NCBI GenBank assembly: GCA_963828255.1
Contig: CAWHDZ010000016.1
Coordinates: forward strand, 1-64,000
Direction: 5' to 3'
Length of the DNA stretch: 64,000 nt
From: an uncultured delta proteobacterium
Lineage (GTDB): Bacteria; Myxococcota; Myxococcia; Myxococcales; Anaeromyxobacteraceae
Part shown: positions 41,953 to 52,881 of the stretch, piece by piece
Layout: every line of letters starts with the position of its first letter
Position numbering within the stretch: position 1 is the stretch's first letter
Translations under genes and position numbers: made by a program
Notes under the pieces: generated by a model
Seen by the model: the letters and a program-made list of their open reading frames with translations, nothing else
Database searches by the model: none
Told to the model about the DNA's origin: nothing

Positions 41953-43608
41953 ATGACCGCCGCACCCCTCCTGGTAGCGCTCCTCCTCGCCCACGTGGCC
42001 GTCTCGCCACGCGGCGCCGTCGCCGCCGCCCACCCGGCGGCGAGCGAGGCCGGGGCGGCCGTCCTGCGGGCGGGGGGAAACGCCGCAGACGCGGCCGTGG
42101 CCGCCGCCTTCGCGCTCTCGGTGGCCGAGCCGCAGAGCTCCGGGATCGGGGGCGGTGGCCTGGCGCTGGTCTACGTGGCCCGGGAGGACCGGGTGTACGC
42201 CGTGGATTTCCGCGAGACCGCCCCGGCAGCCGCCACGAAGGACATGTTCCTCGTGGACGGCAAGCCCGACCCGCTGCGCTCCCGCTGCGGGGGGCTCTCC
42301 GTGGCCGTTCCCGGCGCCGTGAAGGGCTACGCGGAGATCGCGCGCCGCTTCGGCCGGAAGCCTCTGCCGGAGCTGGTCGCGCCGGCGGTGAAGCTCGCCC
42401 GGGAAGGGGTCTCGGTCGGCCGCGGCTGGCGGGGCGGGGCGGTGGCCGCGCGGGCCTGCCTGCGCCAGGACCTCGCCGGGGCGGCGATCTTCCTCGACGG
42501 CGGGGAGCCGCACGAGCCCGGGTCCCGGGTGGTGCAGAAGGACCTGGCCGCGACCCTGAAGCTCCTCGGGCGCGACCCGGAGGCCTTCTACCGCGGCCCG
42601 CTCGCCGAGCGGATCGCGGCGGCCGTCCGGGCCCGCGGCGGGGTGATGACCGCCGCAGACCTGGCCGGGTACCGGACCCGCGCCCGCGAGGTGCTCTGGG
42701 GGGAATTCCGGGGCCACCGGGTGGCGAGCTTTCCGCCCCCGTCGGCCGGCGGGGCCATCGTGCTCGGCCTCCTGCGGGTGCTCGAGGCCCAGGATCCGCG
42801 GGACGCCGCGCGGTCCGCGGAGGGGTACCTCCACGCATTCGTCGAGGCCGAGAAGCGGCTCTTCGAGCGGCGGGGCGGCGCGCTCGCCGACCCGGACTTC
42901 GCGCCCGGCGCCGACGCGGTGGCCCGGGACATGGCCTCCCCGGCGTTCGCGGAGGCCGTCCGGGCCGGGATCGGGGAGCGGGCGTCGGGGCCGGGAGGGC
43001 CCGGGGCCGCGCCCGCCGCCGGGCACACCTCCCACGTGTCGGTCGTGGACGCGGAGGGGAACGCGGTGGCGCTCACCACCACGGTGAACCTCCAGTTCGG
43101 GTCGGGCGTGGTGGTCCCCGGGACCGGGATCCTGCTCAACGACGAGATGGACGACTTCGACGCGGCCCCGGGCGCCCGGAACGCCTTCGGTCTCGAGGGT
43201 GGGGACCTGAACCTGCCGGCGCCGGGGAAGCGCCCGCTCTCTTCGATGTCGCCCACCCTGGTCTTCGGCCCGGACGGGAAGCTGCTGCTCGCCGTCGGCT
43301 CGCCCGGCGGGAGCACCATCCCCTCCACCGTCGCCTGGGCCATCGTCCGGCTCCTCGACGGCCGGATGGCGCTCGACCAGGCGCTCGGCACGCCCCGCAT
43401 CCACCACCAGTGGAGGCCGGACGTGATCGTGGCCGAGCCCGGCGCCCTGCAGGACGCCACCCGGCGCGCGCTGGAGGCCCGCGGGCACCGCGTCGAGGAG
43501 ATCGCCGGCCCGTTCGGCAACCCGCAGGCGGTCCGGGTGGACCCCGCCACCGGCTGGCGGGAGGGGGCGAGCGAGCCCCGCCTGGACGGCCGGGCCGCGG
43601 CGCCCTGA
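41953..43608 (+). CDS. ggt: Gamma-glutamyltransferase
   Basis: GGNAADAAVA, SGIGGGG, DFRETAP, HTSHVSVVD.EGNAV, LNDEMDDF, PGKRPLSSMSP, GSPGG. Confidence 0.95.
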   Translation: MTAAPLLVALLLAHVAVSPRGAVAAAHPAASEAGAAVLRAGGNAADAAVAAAFALSVAEPQSSGIGGGGLALVYVAREDRVYAVDFRETAPAAATKDMFLVDGKPDPLRSRCGGLSVAVPGAVKGYAEIARRFGRKPLPELVAPAVKLAREGVSVGRGWRGGAVAARACLRQDLAGAAIFLDGGEPHEPGSRVVQKDLAATLKLLGRDPEAFYRGPLAERIAAAVRARGGVMTAADLAGYRTRAREVLWGEFRGHRVASFPPPSAGGAIVLGLLRVLEAQDPRDAARSAEGYLHAFVEAEKRLFERRGGALADPDFAPGADAVARDMASPAFAEAVRAGIGERASGPGGPGAAPAAGHTSHVSVVDAEGNAVALTTTVNLQFGSGVVVPGTGILLNDEMDDFDAAPGARNAFGLEGGDLNLPAPGKRPLSSMSPTLVFGPDGKLLLAVGSPGGSTIPSTVAWAIVRLLDGRMALDQALGTPRIHHQWRPDVIVAEPGALQDATRRALEARGHRVEEIAGPFGNPQAVRVDPATGWREGASEPRLDGRAAAP

Positions 43609-44331
43609 CAAAAGGCCCCGTGCTCTTCGACGCCCACCTGCGCGGCGACGCCCTCTCCTCCCGGGACGTGGCCGACCTGCGATTCTTCGGCGTGGTGGGG
43701 GCGCTCTGGCCTCTGGCCGGCCGCGGCGGACCGGCCGGCGCCGCCGGCCTGCGCAGGGGCTGGGGGGAGATTTCACTCGGAGTGACAAGGCTCCGCCGGG
43801 CCGGCCTGGGCGCCTTCGCGGCGCTCTCCGTCCCGCCCGGGCGGATCCCGGTCCGGGGCGTCGAGGCCCTGCTGGCCGAGCTGCCGGAGTGGCTCTCCCG
43901 GCGGGGGGTGGCCGCCATCGGCCCCGTCGGCCCGGGGGCCGGGACCCCGCGCGAGGAGGAGCTCTTCTCCCGCCAGCTCGAGATGGCCGCCCTGCTGCGC
44001 CGCCCGGTGCTCGTGGCCGCGCCGGATCGCGACCCGGTGCGGGCCACCCGCCGGGCGGTCGCGGTCCTGCGGGAGAGCGGCGTGGCGCCGGAGCGGGTGC
44101 TGGTGGACGGGGCCGACGCCCGCACCGTCCGCATCCTGCGGGCCGTGGGCTACTGCGCGGTGCTCTCCCTCCCCACCGCCCCGGGCGGCCTCGATGAAGC
44201 GGCCCGCCTGGTCCGGTCGCTGGGGCCCGAGGGCATCGCGCTGGCCTCGCACTCCGGCGACGGGTTGGGGGACCTGCTGGCCCTGCCGCGCGCCGCCGAC
44301 CGCATGGCGCGCCTGGGCCTGTCCGGGGCGG

Positions 44332-44832
<501 letters not shown>

Positions 44833-44845
44833 GGCGCCCCCCGGA

Positions 44846-45781
44846 TCAGTGGATGCCCTGCTCGCCCAGGAAGCGCTCGGCGTCGATGGCCGCGGCGCAC
44901 CCCGATCCGGCCGCCGTCACCGCCTGCCGGTAGTTCGGGTCGGCCACGTCGCCGGCGGCGAAGACCCCTTCACGGCTGGTATGGGTGGAGGGCGCCTTCA
45001 CGTTCAGGTAGCCGACCTCGTTCATGTCGAGCTGCCCCTTGAAGACCCTGGTGTTGGGCTCGTGGCCGATGGCCAGGAAGAAGCCCTTCACGGGAAGCTC
45101 CCGGGTGCTCCCGTCCTTCGTGCTCTTGAGCCGCAGCCCGGTCACGGTCTTGCCGTCTCCGAGCACCTCCTCGACCGCGGCGTGCCAGACGAACTCGATC
45201 TTGGGGTTCTTGCGGGCCCGCTCCTGCATCACCTTGGACGCGCGCAGCTCGCCGCGCCGGTGCACCAGGTAGACCTTGCTCGCGTACTTGGTGAGGAAGG
45301 TGGCCTCCTCGAGCGCGGTGTCGCCGCCTCCCACCACCGCGATGTCGACGCCCCGGAAGAAGAAGCCGTCGCAGGTCGCGCAGGCCGACACGCCCTTGCC
45401 CTGGTAGGCCTTCTCCGACGGGATCCCCAGCCACTTGGCCGAGGCTCCGGTGGCGATGATCACGGCGTCGGCGGTGTAGCTCTCCCCCTCGCTCCAGAGC
45501 TGGAACGGCCGGGTCGAGAGGTCCACCCGGGTCACCTCGGCGGGGACGAGGCGGGTGCCGAATCGCTCGGCCTGGGCCTTCATCCGCTCCATGAGCTCGG
45601 GCCCCATCACCCCCTCGGCGAAGCCGGGGTAGTTCTCGACCTCGGTGGTGATGGTGAGCTGCCCGCCGGGCTGCATCCCCTCGAAGAGGAGCGGGGCGAG
45701 GTTGGCGCGCGCTGCGTAGAGCGCCGCGGTGTAGCCGGCCGGGCCTGAGCCGACGATCACCAGCTTCTCGTGCTGGGGCAT
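44846..45781 (-). CDS. trxB: Thioredoxin reductase
   Basis: [46 protein letters not shown]. Confidence 0.97.
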   Translation of the reverse strand: MPQHEKLVIVGSGPAGYTAALYAARANLAPLLFEGMQPGGQLTITTEVENYPGFAEGVMGPELMERMKAQAERFGTRLVPAEVTRVDLSTRPFQLWSEGESYTADAVIIATGASAKWLGIPSEKAYQGKGVSACATCDGFFFRGVDIAVVGGGDTALEEATFLTKYASKVYLVHRRGELRASKVMQERARKNPKIEFVWHAAVEEVLGDGKTVTGLRLKSTKDGSTRELPVKGFFLAIGHEPNTRVFKGQLDMNEVGYLNVKAPSTHTSREGVFAAGDVADPNYRQAVTAAGSGCAAAIDAERFLGEQGIH

Positions 45782-45880
45782 GTTTCCTCCGCGTGTGTGG
45801 GGGGGACGCGATCGATCTAGCCCCTTCGAGCCCGGAAGTCACGGAGAGGTTCGGGTCGGATCGCGTGCTAGCATCGGCCC

Positions 45881-46351
45881 GTGATCGACAGCGTGCTGCG
45901 CCACTGCGCCCTCTTCGAGACCCTCTCCTCCGACCAGCTGGCCAAGGTGGAGGAGATCGCGAGCCCGAGGGACTACCAGGCCGGGGAGGGCATCTTCCGG
46001 GAGGGCGCGCTGGGCGACGTGATGTACGTGGTCGTGAACGGGACCGTCCGCATCTCGAAGGAGATCCCGGGGGCTGGCGAGGAGGCCCTCACCCTGCTCG
46101 GGCCCGGAAGCTACTTCGGCGAGATGGCCGCCATCGACGACGCTCCCCGTTCGGCCGACGCCTTCGCCCACACCGGCTGCTCGCTCCTCGCCATCCGGCG
46201 CGAGGACCTGGACCGGCTCATGTTCCTCGACAAGGACCTGGCCTACGCGCTCCTGTGGGCGTTCGTGCGGACGCTGTCGTCGCGCCTCCGGGAGACGAGC
46301 GAGAAGCTCCGCTCGTTCTTCGTCTTCGCCGGTCCCGGTCCCGGGACCTAG
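45881..46351 (+). CDS. Stand-alone cyclic nucleotide-binding domain protein
   Basis: IFREG..GD.MYVV..G.V.I, G.YFGEMA.ID..PRSADA; no HTH. Confidence 0.88.
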   Translation: MIDSVLRHCALFETLSSDQLAKVEEIASPRDYQAGEGIFREGALGDVMYVVVNGTVRISKEIPGAGEEALTLLGPGSYFGEMAAIDDAPRSADAFAHTGCSLLAIRREDLDRLMFLDKDLAYALLWAFVRTLSSRLRETSEKLRSFFVFAGPGPGT

Positions 46352-46401
46352 CGCCCCAATTGGGTCTGCAGGCACCCCGGGTCAGACGGCACGGCCCGCA
46401 C

Positions 46402-47186
46402 CTACCCCGGGCGCCTGCCCGAGAAGAGGATCCGCTGGTACGTGTAGAGGTACGGGCGCTCGTCCGGGATGGCCGCCACGACCCGGCGCCGGTAGGTCTC
46501 GAGATAGCGGTGCCAGAGTTCGGGGGGCAGCCGCTTCTCGTAGTCGGTGAGCAGGGTCCCCCGGCACCACTCCACGATGTCGGCGGGCTCGGATAGCTCG
46601 TGGACGTAGACCTGGAGGCGCGACTCCTCGTCGACCAGGCCGAGCCGCTTGAGCTGCAGGGCGTACTCCACCGGCGTCAGCACCGAGCGGTGGCGTACGT
46701 AGCCCTTGAGCGCCGCGGCGAACGGCTCCTCGCGCGCCAGCTCGTTGGCCAGCCGGTGGGAGGCGTGGGTCTGGTTGGCGGGGACCTGCACGGCGAGCTG
46801 CCCCCCGGGGCAAGCAACCTGACCAGCCGGGCGAGCAGCGCGGGGTGATCGGGAACCCAGTGGAGCGCGGCGTTGGAGAGGACGAGGTCGAAGCCGGTCC
46901 CCTCGGGATCCTCGAACGTCGCGATGTCGCCGAGGGCGAAGGAGAGCCCGTCGCCGGCCAGCGGGGCCGCCTTCTCCAGCATGGCGGGTGAGGAGTCGAT
47001 CCCCAGCGTGGATCGCGCCGCCAGTCGCTTGTGTGCGTCGGCGGTGAGTTCCCCGGTCCCGCAGCCCAGGTCCACGACGCGCATGCCCGGCCGGGGCCGG
47101 ACCATGGCGAGCAGGTCGTAGAAGGGGCGGGAGCGCTCGGCGCGGAATCGGGCGTAGAGCTCGGGTTTCCAGACGTCTTGGGACAT
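46402..47186 (-). CDS. Trans-aconitate 2-methyltransferase-like, frameshift in C6 run 46801-46806
   Basis: W.P..Y.RF..ER.RPF.DL, VDLGCGTG, GIDSS..ML, SNAALHWVPDH; adding one G restores PGGQLAVQVP.N. Confidence 0.85.
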
Positions 47187-47326
47187 GCGGCCTCCGCGGA
47201 GTGGGAGGATATCACCCGGGGGGGAGTCCCGGTTCGACAAGGTTGGGACAGGGAATGGCGTTGACCGGCGGGGGGTTGTCGAGAACAATCCCCGCCCTCC
47301 AACACTTCAACCCCTCAGGGAGTCCC

Positions 47327-48388
47327 ATGAAGTTCTCCACCCGCCCCTACCTCGCGGTCGCTGCCGCCCTCGGCGCGCTGGCCTGCACCTCTCCCACCAC
47401 CACCCAGGCCAAGGGCGCCGCCGCCCCCGCCGCCGACCCGAACGCCCCGGTCGCCAAGATCGGAGCCGAGTCCATCTCCGGCAAGGAGCTCGAGGAGTTC
47501 GCCAAGGGCGAGCTGAAGAAGCTCGACGCCCAGTTCCAGGAGCAGACCTACCAGCTGAAGCGCCAGGCCCTCGACACCATGATCATGAAGCGGCTGGTGG
47601 ACGCCAAGGCCAAGGCCGCCGGCAAGTCGCCGGACGACTACGTCCAGGCCGAGATCATGGCGCGCGTCGGGCCGATCAGCGACGCCGAGGTCCAGCAGGT
47701 CTACGACGCCGCCAAGGCCCAGGGGCGAGATCTGCCCCCCATCGCCCAGGTGAAGGAGACCATCGTCCGCTACATCCAGCAGCAGAAGGGGCAGGCCGCG
47801 GCCCAGGCCTACTACGACAAGCTGAAGGCCGACGCCAAGGTCGAGATCCTGCTGCCGCCCTACCGTGCGCCGCGCCAGCAGGTGGAGGCCAAGGGCCCGT
47901 CGCGCGGCCCGGCCAACGCGCCCATCACCATCGTCGAGTTCTCCGACTTCGAGTGCCCGTACTGCAGCCGCGCCGAGGAGACCGTCTCCGAGGTGATGCG
48001 CGTCTACGGCGACAAGATCCGGCTGGTCTTCCGCGACCTGCCGCTGCCCAACCACCAGAACGCCCCCAAGGCCGCCGAGGCGGCGCACTGCGCCGGCGAG
48101 CAGGGCAAGTACTGGGAGATGCACGCCAAGCTCTTCGCCAACCAGCGCGCCCTCGAGGTTCCCGCGCTCAAGGGTTACGCCAAGGATCTGAAGCTCGACC
48201 AGGCCAAGTTCGACAAGTGCCTGGACAGCGGATCCACCGCCGCCATCGTCGAGGCCAGCAAGAAGGCGGGGAACGAGGCGGGCGTGACCGGCACCCCGGC
48301 CTTCTTCGTGAACGGGGTCCTCATCTCCGGCGCGCAGCCCTTCGAGGCCTTCAAGGAAATCATCGACGCCGAGCTGGCGCAGAAGTAG
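47327..48388 (+). CDS. DsbA/thioredoxin-domain lipoprotein with SurA-like N-terminus
   Basis: Lipobox ALAC; EFSDFECPYC, GVTGTPAFFVNG, GAQP. Confidence 0.88.
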   Translation: MKFSTRPYLAVAAALGALACTSPTTTQAKGAAAPAADPNAPVAKIGAESISGKELEEFAKGELKKLDAQFQEQTYQLKRQALDTMIMKRLVDAKAKAAGKSPDDYVQAEIMARVGPISDAEVQQVYDAAKAQGRDLPPIAQVKETIVRYIQQQKGQAAAQAYYDKLKADAKVEILLPPYRAPRQQVEAKGPSRGPANAPITIVEFSDFECPYCSRAEETVSEVMRVYGDKIRLVFRDLPLPNHQNAPKAAEAAHCAGEQGKYWEMHAKLFANQRALEVPALKGYAKDLKLDQAKFDKCLDSGSTAAIVEASKKAGNEAGVTGTPAFFVNGVLISGAQPFEAFKEIIDAELAQK

Positions 48389-48449
48389 GCGACTCCGATT
48401 GGCGAGCCCGGCGCCGCCCCGCTAAGAAGGGGTGGGCCGGGCTTTCCTC

Positions 48450-49559
48450 ATGGGCGCATACGATCATGGCAACATCTCCGCCATCGCGGAGCGCCGGAAG
48501 ACCCGGCGAATCCAGGTAGGCCCCGTCCCCGTGGGCGACGGCGCGCCGGTGGCGGTCCAGTCCATGACCACCACCCAGACGGCCGACGTCGAGGGCACGC
48601 TCGCCCAGATCCGTGCGCTGGCCGCGGAGGGGGCCGACATCGTCCGCGTGGCCGTCCCCGACGGCGACGCGGCCGCGGCGCTGCCCGCCATCGTGAAGGG
48701 CTCGCCGGTCCCGCTGGTCTCCGACATCCACTTCGACTACCGGCTGGCGCTCTCGGCGCTGGAGGCCGGCATCCACTGCGTGCGGCTGAACCCCGGCAAC
48801 ATCGGGAGCCAGGACCGGGTGCGCGAGGTGGTGAAGGCGGCCCGGGAGCGCAACGTCCCCATCCGCATCGGCGTGAACGCCGGCTCGCTCGAGGAGGACA
48901 TCGTCGCGAAGCACGGCTGGCCCACCGCCGAGGGCATGGTGGAGAGCGCCGAGCGGCACATCCGCGTCCTGGAGGATCAGGGCTACCGGGAGATCAAGGT
49001 CTCGCTGAAGGCCCATGACATCGGGATGACGGTGGCGGCCAACCGGCTCTTCTCGCAGCGCTTCGACTACCCGCTGCACCTCGGCATCACCGAGGCGGGC
49101 ACCCTCATGACCGGCACCATCAAGAGCGCCGCCGGCCTGGGCATCCTGCTCGCCGGTGGCATCGGCGACACCCTGCGGGTCTCCCTGGCCGCGGACCCCG
49201 TCGAGGAGGTCAAGGTCGCTCGCAGCCTCCTCAAGTCGCTCGGCCTCAAGTTCGGCGGCGCCACGCTGACCGCCTGCCCCACCTGTGGCCGCTGCTCGGT
49301 GGCCATGATCCCCATCGCCGAGCGGGTCGAGCAGCGCCTCTCCAAGCTCAAGGGCGAGGTGAACGTGGCGGTGATGGGCTGCGAGGTGAACGGCCCCGGC
49401 GAGGCCGCGGCCGCCGACGTCGGCGTCGCCTACGGACACGGCGGGGTGGGGCTCCTCTTCAAGAGCGGCAAGATCGTGAAGCGGATGAAGGCCGAGGAAC
49501 TCGAGGAGGCGCTGGTGGCCGAGGCCGTGAAGATCTCGGCCGAGCGCGAGGCGAAGTAG
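48450..49559 (+). CDS. ispG: (E)-4-hydroxy-3-methylbut-2-enyl-diphosphate synthase
   Basis: VQSMT, DIHFDY, R.NPGNIG, RIGVNAGSL, LHLGITEAG, CPTCGR, MGC.VNGPGE. Confidence 0.97.
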   Translation: MGAYDHGNISAIAERRKTRRIQVGPVPVGDGAPVAVQSMTTTQTADVEGTLAQIRALAAEGADIVRVAVPDGDAAAALPAIVKGSPVPLVSDIHFDYRLALSALEAGIHCVRLNPGNIGSQDRVREVVKAARERNVPIRIGVNAGSLEEDIVAKHGWPTAEGMVESAERHIRVLEDQGYREIKVSLKAHDIGMTVAANRLFSQRFDYPLHLGITEAGTLMTGTIKSAAGLGILLAGGIGDTLRVSLAADPVEEVKVARSLLKSLGLKFGGATLTACPTCGRCSVAMIPIAERVEQRLSKLKGEVNVAVMGCEVNGPGEAAAADVGVAYGHGGVGLLFKSGKIVKRMKAEELEEALVAEAVKISAEREAK

Positions 49560-49583
49560 CCGGGAGGATTGCTCCGCCGTCGA

Positions 49584-50329
49584 TCAGGCGGGGACGCTGC
49601 CCCCTAGGTACGCCGCCTGCACCCGCGGGTCGGCGGCCAGCTCGGGCGAGGGGCCCTCGAGCACGATGTGCCCCCGCTCCAGCACGTAGGCGTGATCCGA
49701 GACCTGGAGCGCCAGCCGCGCGTTCTGCTCCACGAGCAGCACCGTGGCGCCCTCGCGGTGGATCTCCTCCACCAGGTCGAAGACGCGCCGGACGAGCAGG
49801 GGTGCGAGCCCCATCGACGGCTCGTCGAGGAGCAGGATCCGCGGCGACATGAGGAGCGCCCGGGCGAAGGCCAGCATCTGCTGCTCCCCCCCGAGAGCGA
49901 CCCGGCCGGCAGCTTGCGCCGCTCCCCCAGCACCGGGAAGCGGGCGAACTGGGCCTCGACGCGGCGGCGCTGCTCGGCGGCAGGGGGCCGGGGCGTGCGG
50001 GCCTCGGCGGCCAGCACCAGGTTCTCCTCGATGCTCATGCGGGCCAGGATGCAGCGCCCCTCGGGGACGAGCACGATGCCCTGCTCGACGGCGCGGTGGG
50101 CCGGCAGGCCGGTGACGTCGCGCCCCTCGAGCAGCACCTGGCCGCCCTGCGGGCGGAGCAGCCCCGCCACGGCCGCGAGCGTGCTGGTCTTGCCGGCGCC
50201 GTTGGGCCCGATGAGCGTCACCACCTGCCCCGCGTTCACCCGGAGCGAGATGCGCCGCACCGCGTGGACGTGGCCGTAGGCGACCTCGAGATCGCGGATC
50301 TCCAGCAGCGGCGTGCCCGGTGCGCTCAC
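49584..50329 (-). CDS. livF: Branched-chain amino acid ABC ATPase LivF, frameshift in C7 run 49886-49892
   Basis: [13 protein letters not shown]; adding one G restores [10 protein letters not shown]...[12 protein letters not shown]...LVEQNA. Confidence 0.88.
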
Positions 50330-51090
50330 GCGGCCGCCTCCCCGCCCAGGTAGGCGGCGATGACGGCCGGGTCGCGGGCCACCTCGGCCGGGGTCCCGTC
50401 GGCGATGACCTTGCCGAAGTCGAGGACGGTGATCCGGTCGCTGACCGCCATCACCAGCTTCACGTTGTGCTCGACGAGGAGCACCGAGTGGCCGGCCCGG
50501 GCCACCCCGCGGATGAGGTCGGCGATGGCCTTCACCTCGCCGGGGTTCATGCCGGCGGTGGGCTCGTCGAGCAGCATGACCCGCGGGGAGGAGGCCAGCG
50601 CCCGGGCGATCTCGACGCGCCGCTGCTCGCCGTAGGAGAGGTTGCTGGCCCGCTCGAGGGCCCGCCCCGACATCCCCACCCGGTCGAGGAGCGCGAGCGA
50701 GGCCTCGCGGGCGGCCCGCTCCTCCGCCGCGGCCGAGGGGAGGAAGACCATGCGGCGCCAGAGAGGGGAGCTGCGCTTCAGGTGCGCGCCGACCAGGACG
50801 TTGTCGGCGGCGCTCAGGGCCGGGAAGAGCCGGATGTTCTGGTAGGTGCGGGTCACGCCCCTGGCTGCGATGAGGTGGGAGGGGAGCCCGTCGATGCGCT
50901 CCCCGTCGAGCACGATGGCGCCCGAGGTGGGGGGGATGAGGCCGGAGATGAGGTTGAGCAGCGTGGTCTTGCCCGCGCCGTTCGGGCCGATGAGGCCGTG
51001 AACCTCGCCGGCCGCCACCTCGAGCGAGGCGTCGTCCACCGCCGCCAGGCCGCCGAAGGTGCGGCGGACCCCCTGCAGGCTAAGCAGCAT
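50326..51090 (-). CDS. livG: Branched-chain amino acid ABC ATPase LivG
   Basis: [50 protein letters not shown]. Confidence 0.92.
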   Translation of the reverse strand: MLLSLQGVRRTFGGLAAVDDASLEVAAGEVHGLIGPNGAGKTTLLNLISGLIPPTSGAIVLDGERIDGLPSHLIAARGVTRTYQNIRLFPALSAADNVLVGAHLKRSSPLWRRMVFLPSAAAEERAAREASLALLDRVGMSGRALERASNLSYGEQRRVEIARALASSPRVMLLDEPTAGMNPGEVKAIADLIRGVARAGHSVLLVEHNVKLVMAVSDRITVLDFGKVIADGTPAEVARDPAVIAAYLGGEAAA

Positions 51091-51979
51091 GTGCCTCCCG
51101 GCGCGACCGCAGCCAGGCGCGCACCCGCCGGGGCAGGGAGGAGATGCCCTCGGGCAGGAAGAGGATGACGAGGAGCAGCACGGCGCCGTTCACGAAGAGG
51201 CGAAGCGGGCCGGGAGCGAGCCCGACCCGCGCCGAGATCTCCCGCAGGATCTCGGGAAGCGCGGTGAGGAAGGTGGCGCCCACCACCGGCCCGTAGAACA
51301 CCGAGGTGCCGCCCACCACCGCGTAGACCAGCATGTCCACCACGCGGGTGAAGGAGTAGGTGGAGGGCGAGACCATGTACGTGTAGTGGGCCTCGAGCGC
51401 CCCGGCCAGGCCGGCGAAGGAGGCGCCCAGCGCCAGCATGGCCAGCTTGTAGCGGGCCGCGTGGATTCCCATGGTGCGGGCGGCCGGCTCGTCCTCGCGG
51501 ATGGCCTCGAGCGCGTAGCCGGCCCGCGAGCCCCGGATGCGCCAGAGCACGAAGAGGGCCGCGCCCAGCGCCGCGTAGATCATCCAGATGGAGGTGCGCT
51601 GCGGCACCGCGGTCAGCCCCAGCGCACCGTTCGTGAAATCGAGGTTCACGAAGAAGATGCGCACCACCTCGCCGAAGCCGATGGTGGCGATGGCCAGGAA
51701 GACCCCCTTGAGCCGGAGGACCGGCAGGCCCAGCGGCACCGCCACCAGGGCGGGGAGCAGCGCCGCAACCGCGAGCTCGAGCGCGAAGGGGAGCCCGCTG
51801 TGGAAGGTGAGGATGGCCGAGGCGTAGGCGCCGATGGCCATGAAGGCGGCCTGGGCCAGCGAGAGCTGGCCGCAGGAGAGCGTGGTGTACACCGAGAGTG
51901 CGAGCAAGCCGTTCAGGCCGATGAAGGCCACGGTGGACTGGTAGGTGAGCCAGAGGTCCTGGAGCGATTCGAGGGACAA
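51080..51979 (-). CDS. livM: Branched-chain amino acid ABC permease LivM
   Basis: GQLSLAQAAFMAIGAY, LRLKG.FLAIATIGFGE, AIREDE.AA..MG; probable TTG start at 51979. Confidence 0.88.
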   Translation of the reverse strand: MSLESLQDLWLTYQSTVAFIGLNGLLALSVYTTLSCGQLSLAQAAFMAIGAYASAILTFHSGLPFALELAVAALLPALVAVPLGLPVLRLKGVFLAIATIGFGEVVRIFFVNLDFTNGALGLTAVPQRTSIWMIYAALGAALFVLWRIRGSRAGYALEAIREDEPAARTMGIHAARYKLAMLALGASFAGLAGALEAHYTYMVSPSTYSFTRVVDMLVYAVVGGTSVFYGPVVGATFLTALPEILREISARVGLAPGPLRLFVNGAVLLLVILFLPEGISSLPRRVRAWLRSRREAHAA

Positions 51980-51984
51980 GGGCT

Positions 51985-52863
51985 TCAGGCCTCGCGGAGC
52001 GCCGCAGGCCCCAGCAGGCCTCTCGGCCGCAGCACCAGGACCAGGAAGAGGACCCCGAAGGCCACCGCGTCCCGGTAGGACGAGCCGATCCAGGCCACGG
52101 TGAAGACCTCGAGCAGGCCCAGGGCCACCCCGGCCAGCGCCGCACCGGGCATGCTGCCCATGCCCCCCAGCACGATGACCGCGAGCCCCTTCAGCTCCAC
52201 CGAGCGCCCCATGTCCGGGGCCACGTTGTTGAAGGCGAGCCCGAAGAGCACGCCGGCCGCAGCGCCCAGCGCCGAGGAGACGAAGAAGGATGCGGAGATG
52301 ATGCGGTCCACGTCCACGCCCAGCACCCGGGCCGCCTTGGGGCTCTCGGCCACGGCGCGGATGCGCCGCCCCAGCCGCGTCCGGCGGAGCAGCCAGGTGA
52401 GGCCGAGGAGCATGGCGACTGCGATGGTGATGATCACGATCTGGAGCTCGGAGACCACCGCCCCGCCGATCTGGAGGCTGCGGGTGGGGACGGTGCCGAA
52501 GGGGAAGCGCTCCACGTCCGGTCCGAAGAACTGGAGGACGGCCGCCTCCAGGATGGTGGCCAGCGCGATGGAGCTGATGAGCCCGGCGATGTTGGAGTCG
52601 CTGCGCCCGCGCAGCGGCCTGAAGGCGATGCGGTCCACCACCATGCCGAGCAGCCCCCCGGCCAGCACCGCCACCGGGAGCGCCGCGAAGATGGGCATGT
52701 GGAGGTGGACCACGAGGACCAGCGCCGCGTAGGCGCAGATCATGAAGACAGCCTGGTGCGCCAGGTTCAGGATGTCGAGCACCCCGAAGACGAGCGTGTA
52801 TCCCAGCGCGAAGAGCGCGTAGATGCTCCCCAGGAACAGGCCGTTGACGATCTGCTGCCCCAC
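51985..52863 (-). CDS. livH: Branched-chain amino acid ABC permease LivH
   Basis: QQIVNGL.LGSIYAL.ALGYTLVFG...LNLAH, T.LG..IRAVAE, VLGGMGS. Confidence 0.92.
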   Translation of the reverse strand: MGQQIVNGLFLGSIYALFALGYTLVFGVLDILNLAHQAVFMICAYAALVLVVHLHMPIFAALPVAVLAGGLLGMVVDRIAFRPLRGRSDSNIAGLISSIALATILEAAVLQFFGPDVERFPFGTVPTRSLQIGGAVVSELQIVIITIAVAMLLGLTWLLRRTRLGRRIRAVAESPKAARVLGVDVDRIISASFFVSSALGAAAGVLFGLAFNNVAPDMGRSVELKGLAVIVLGGMGSMPGAALAGVALGLLEVFTVAWIGSSYRDAVAFGVLFLVLVLRPRGLLGPAALREA

Positions 52864-52881
52864 GCGGCGTGGCCCCGGAGG

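Noticed and set aside
44833..44845. Moco riboswitch upstream of moaC
   Set aside because: The gap to trxB is 13 nt, leaving no room.
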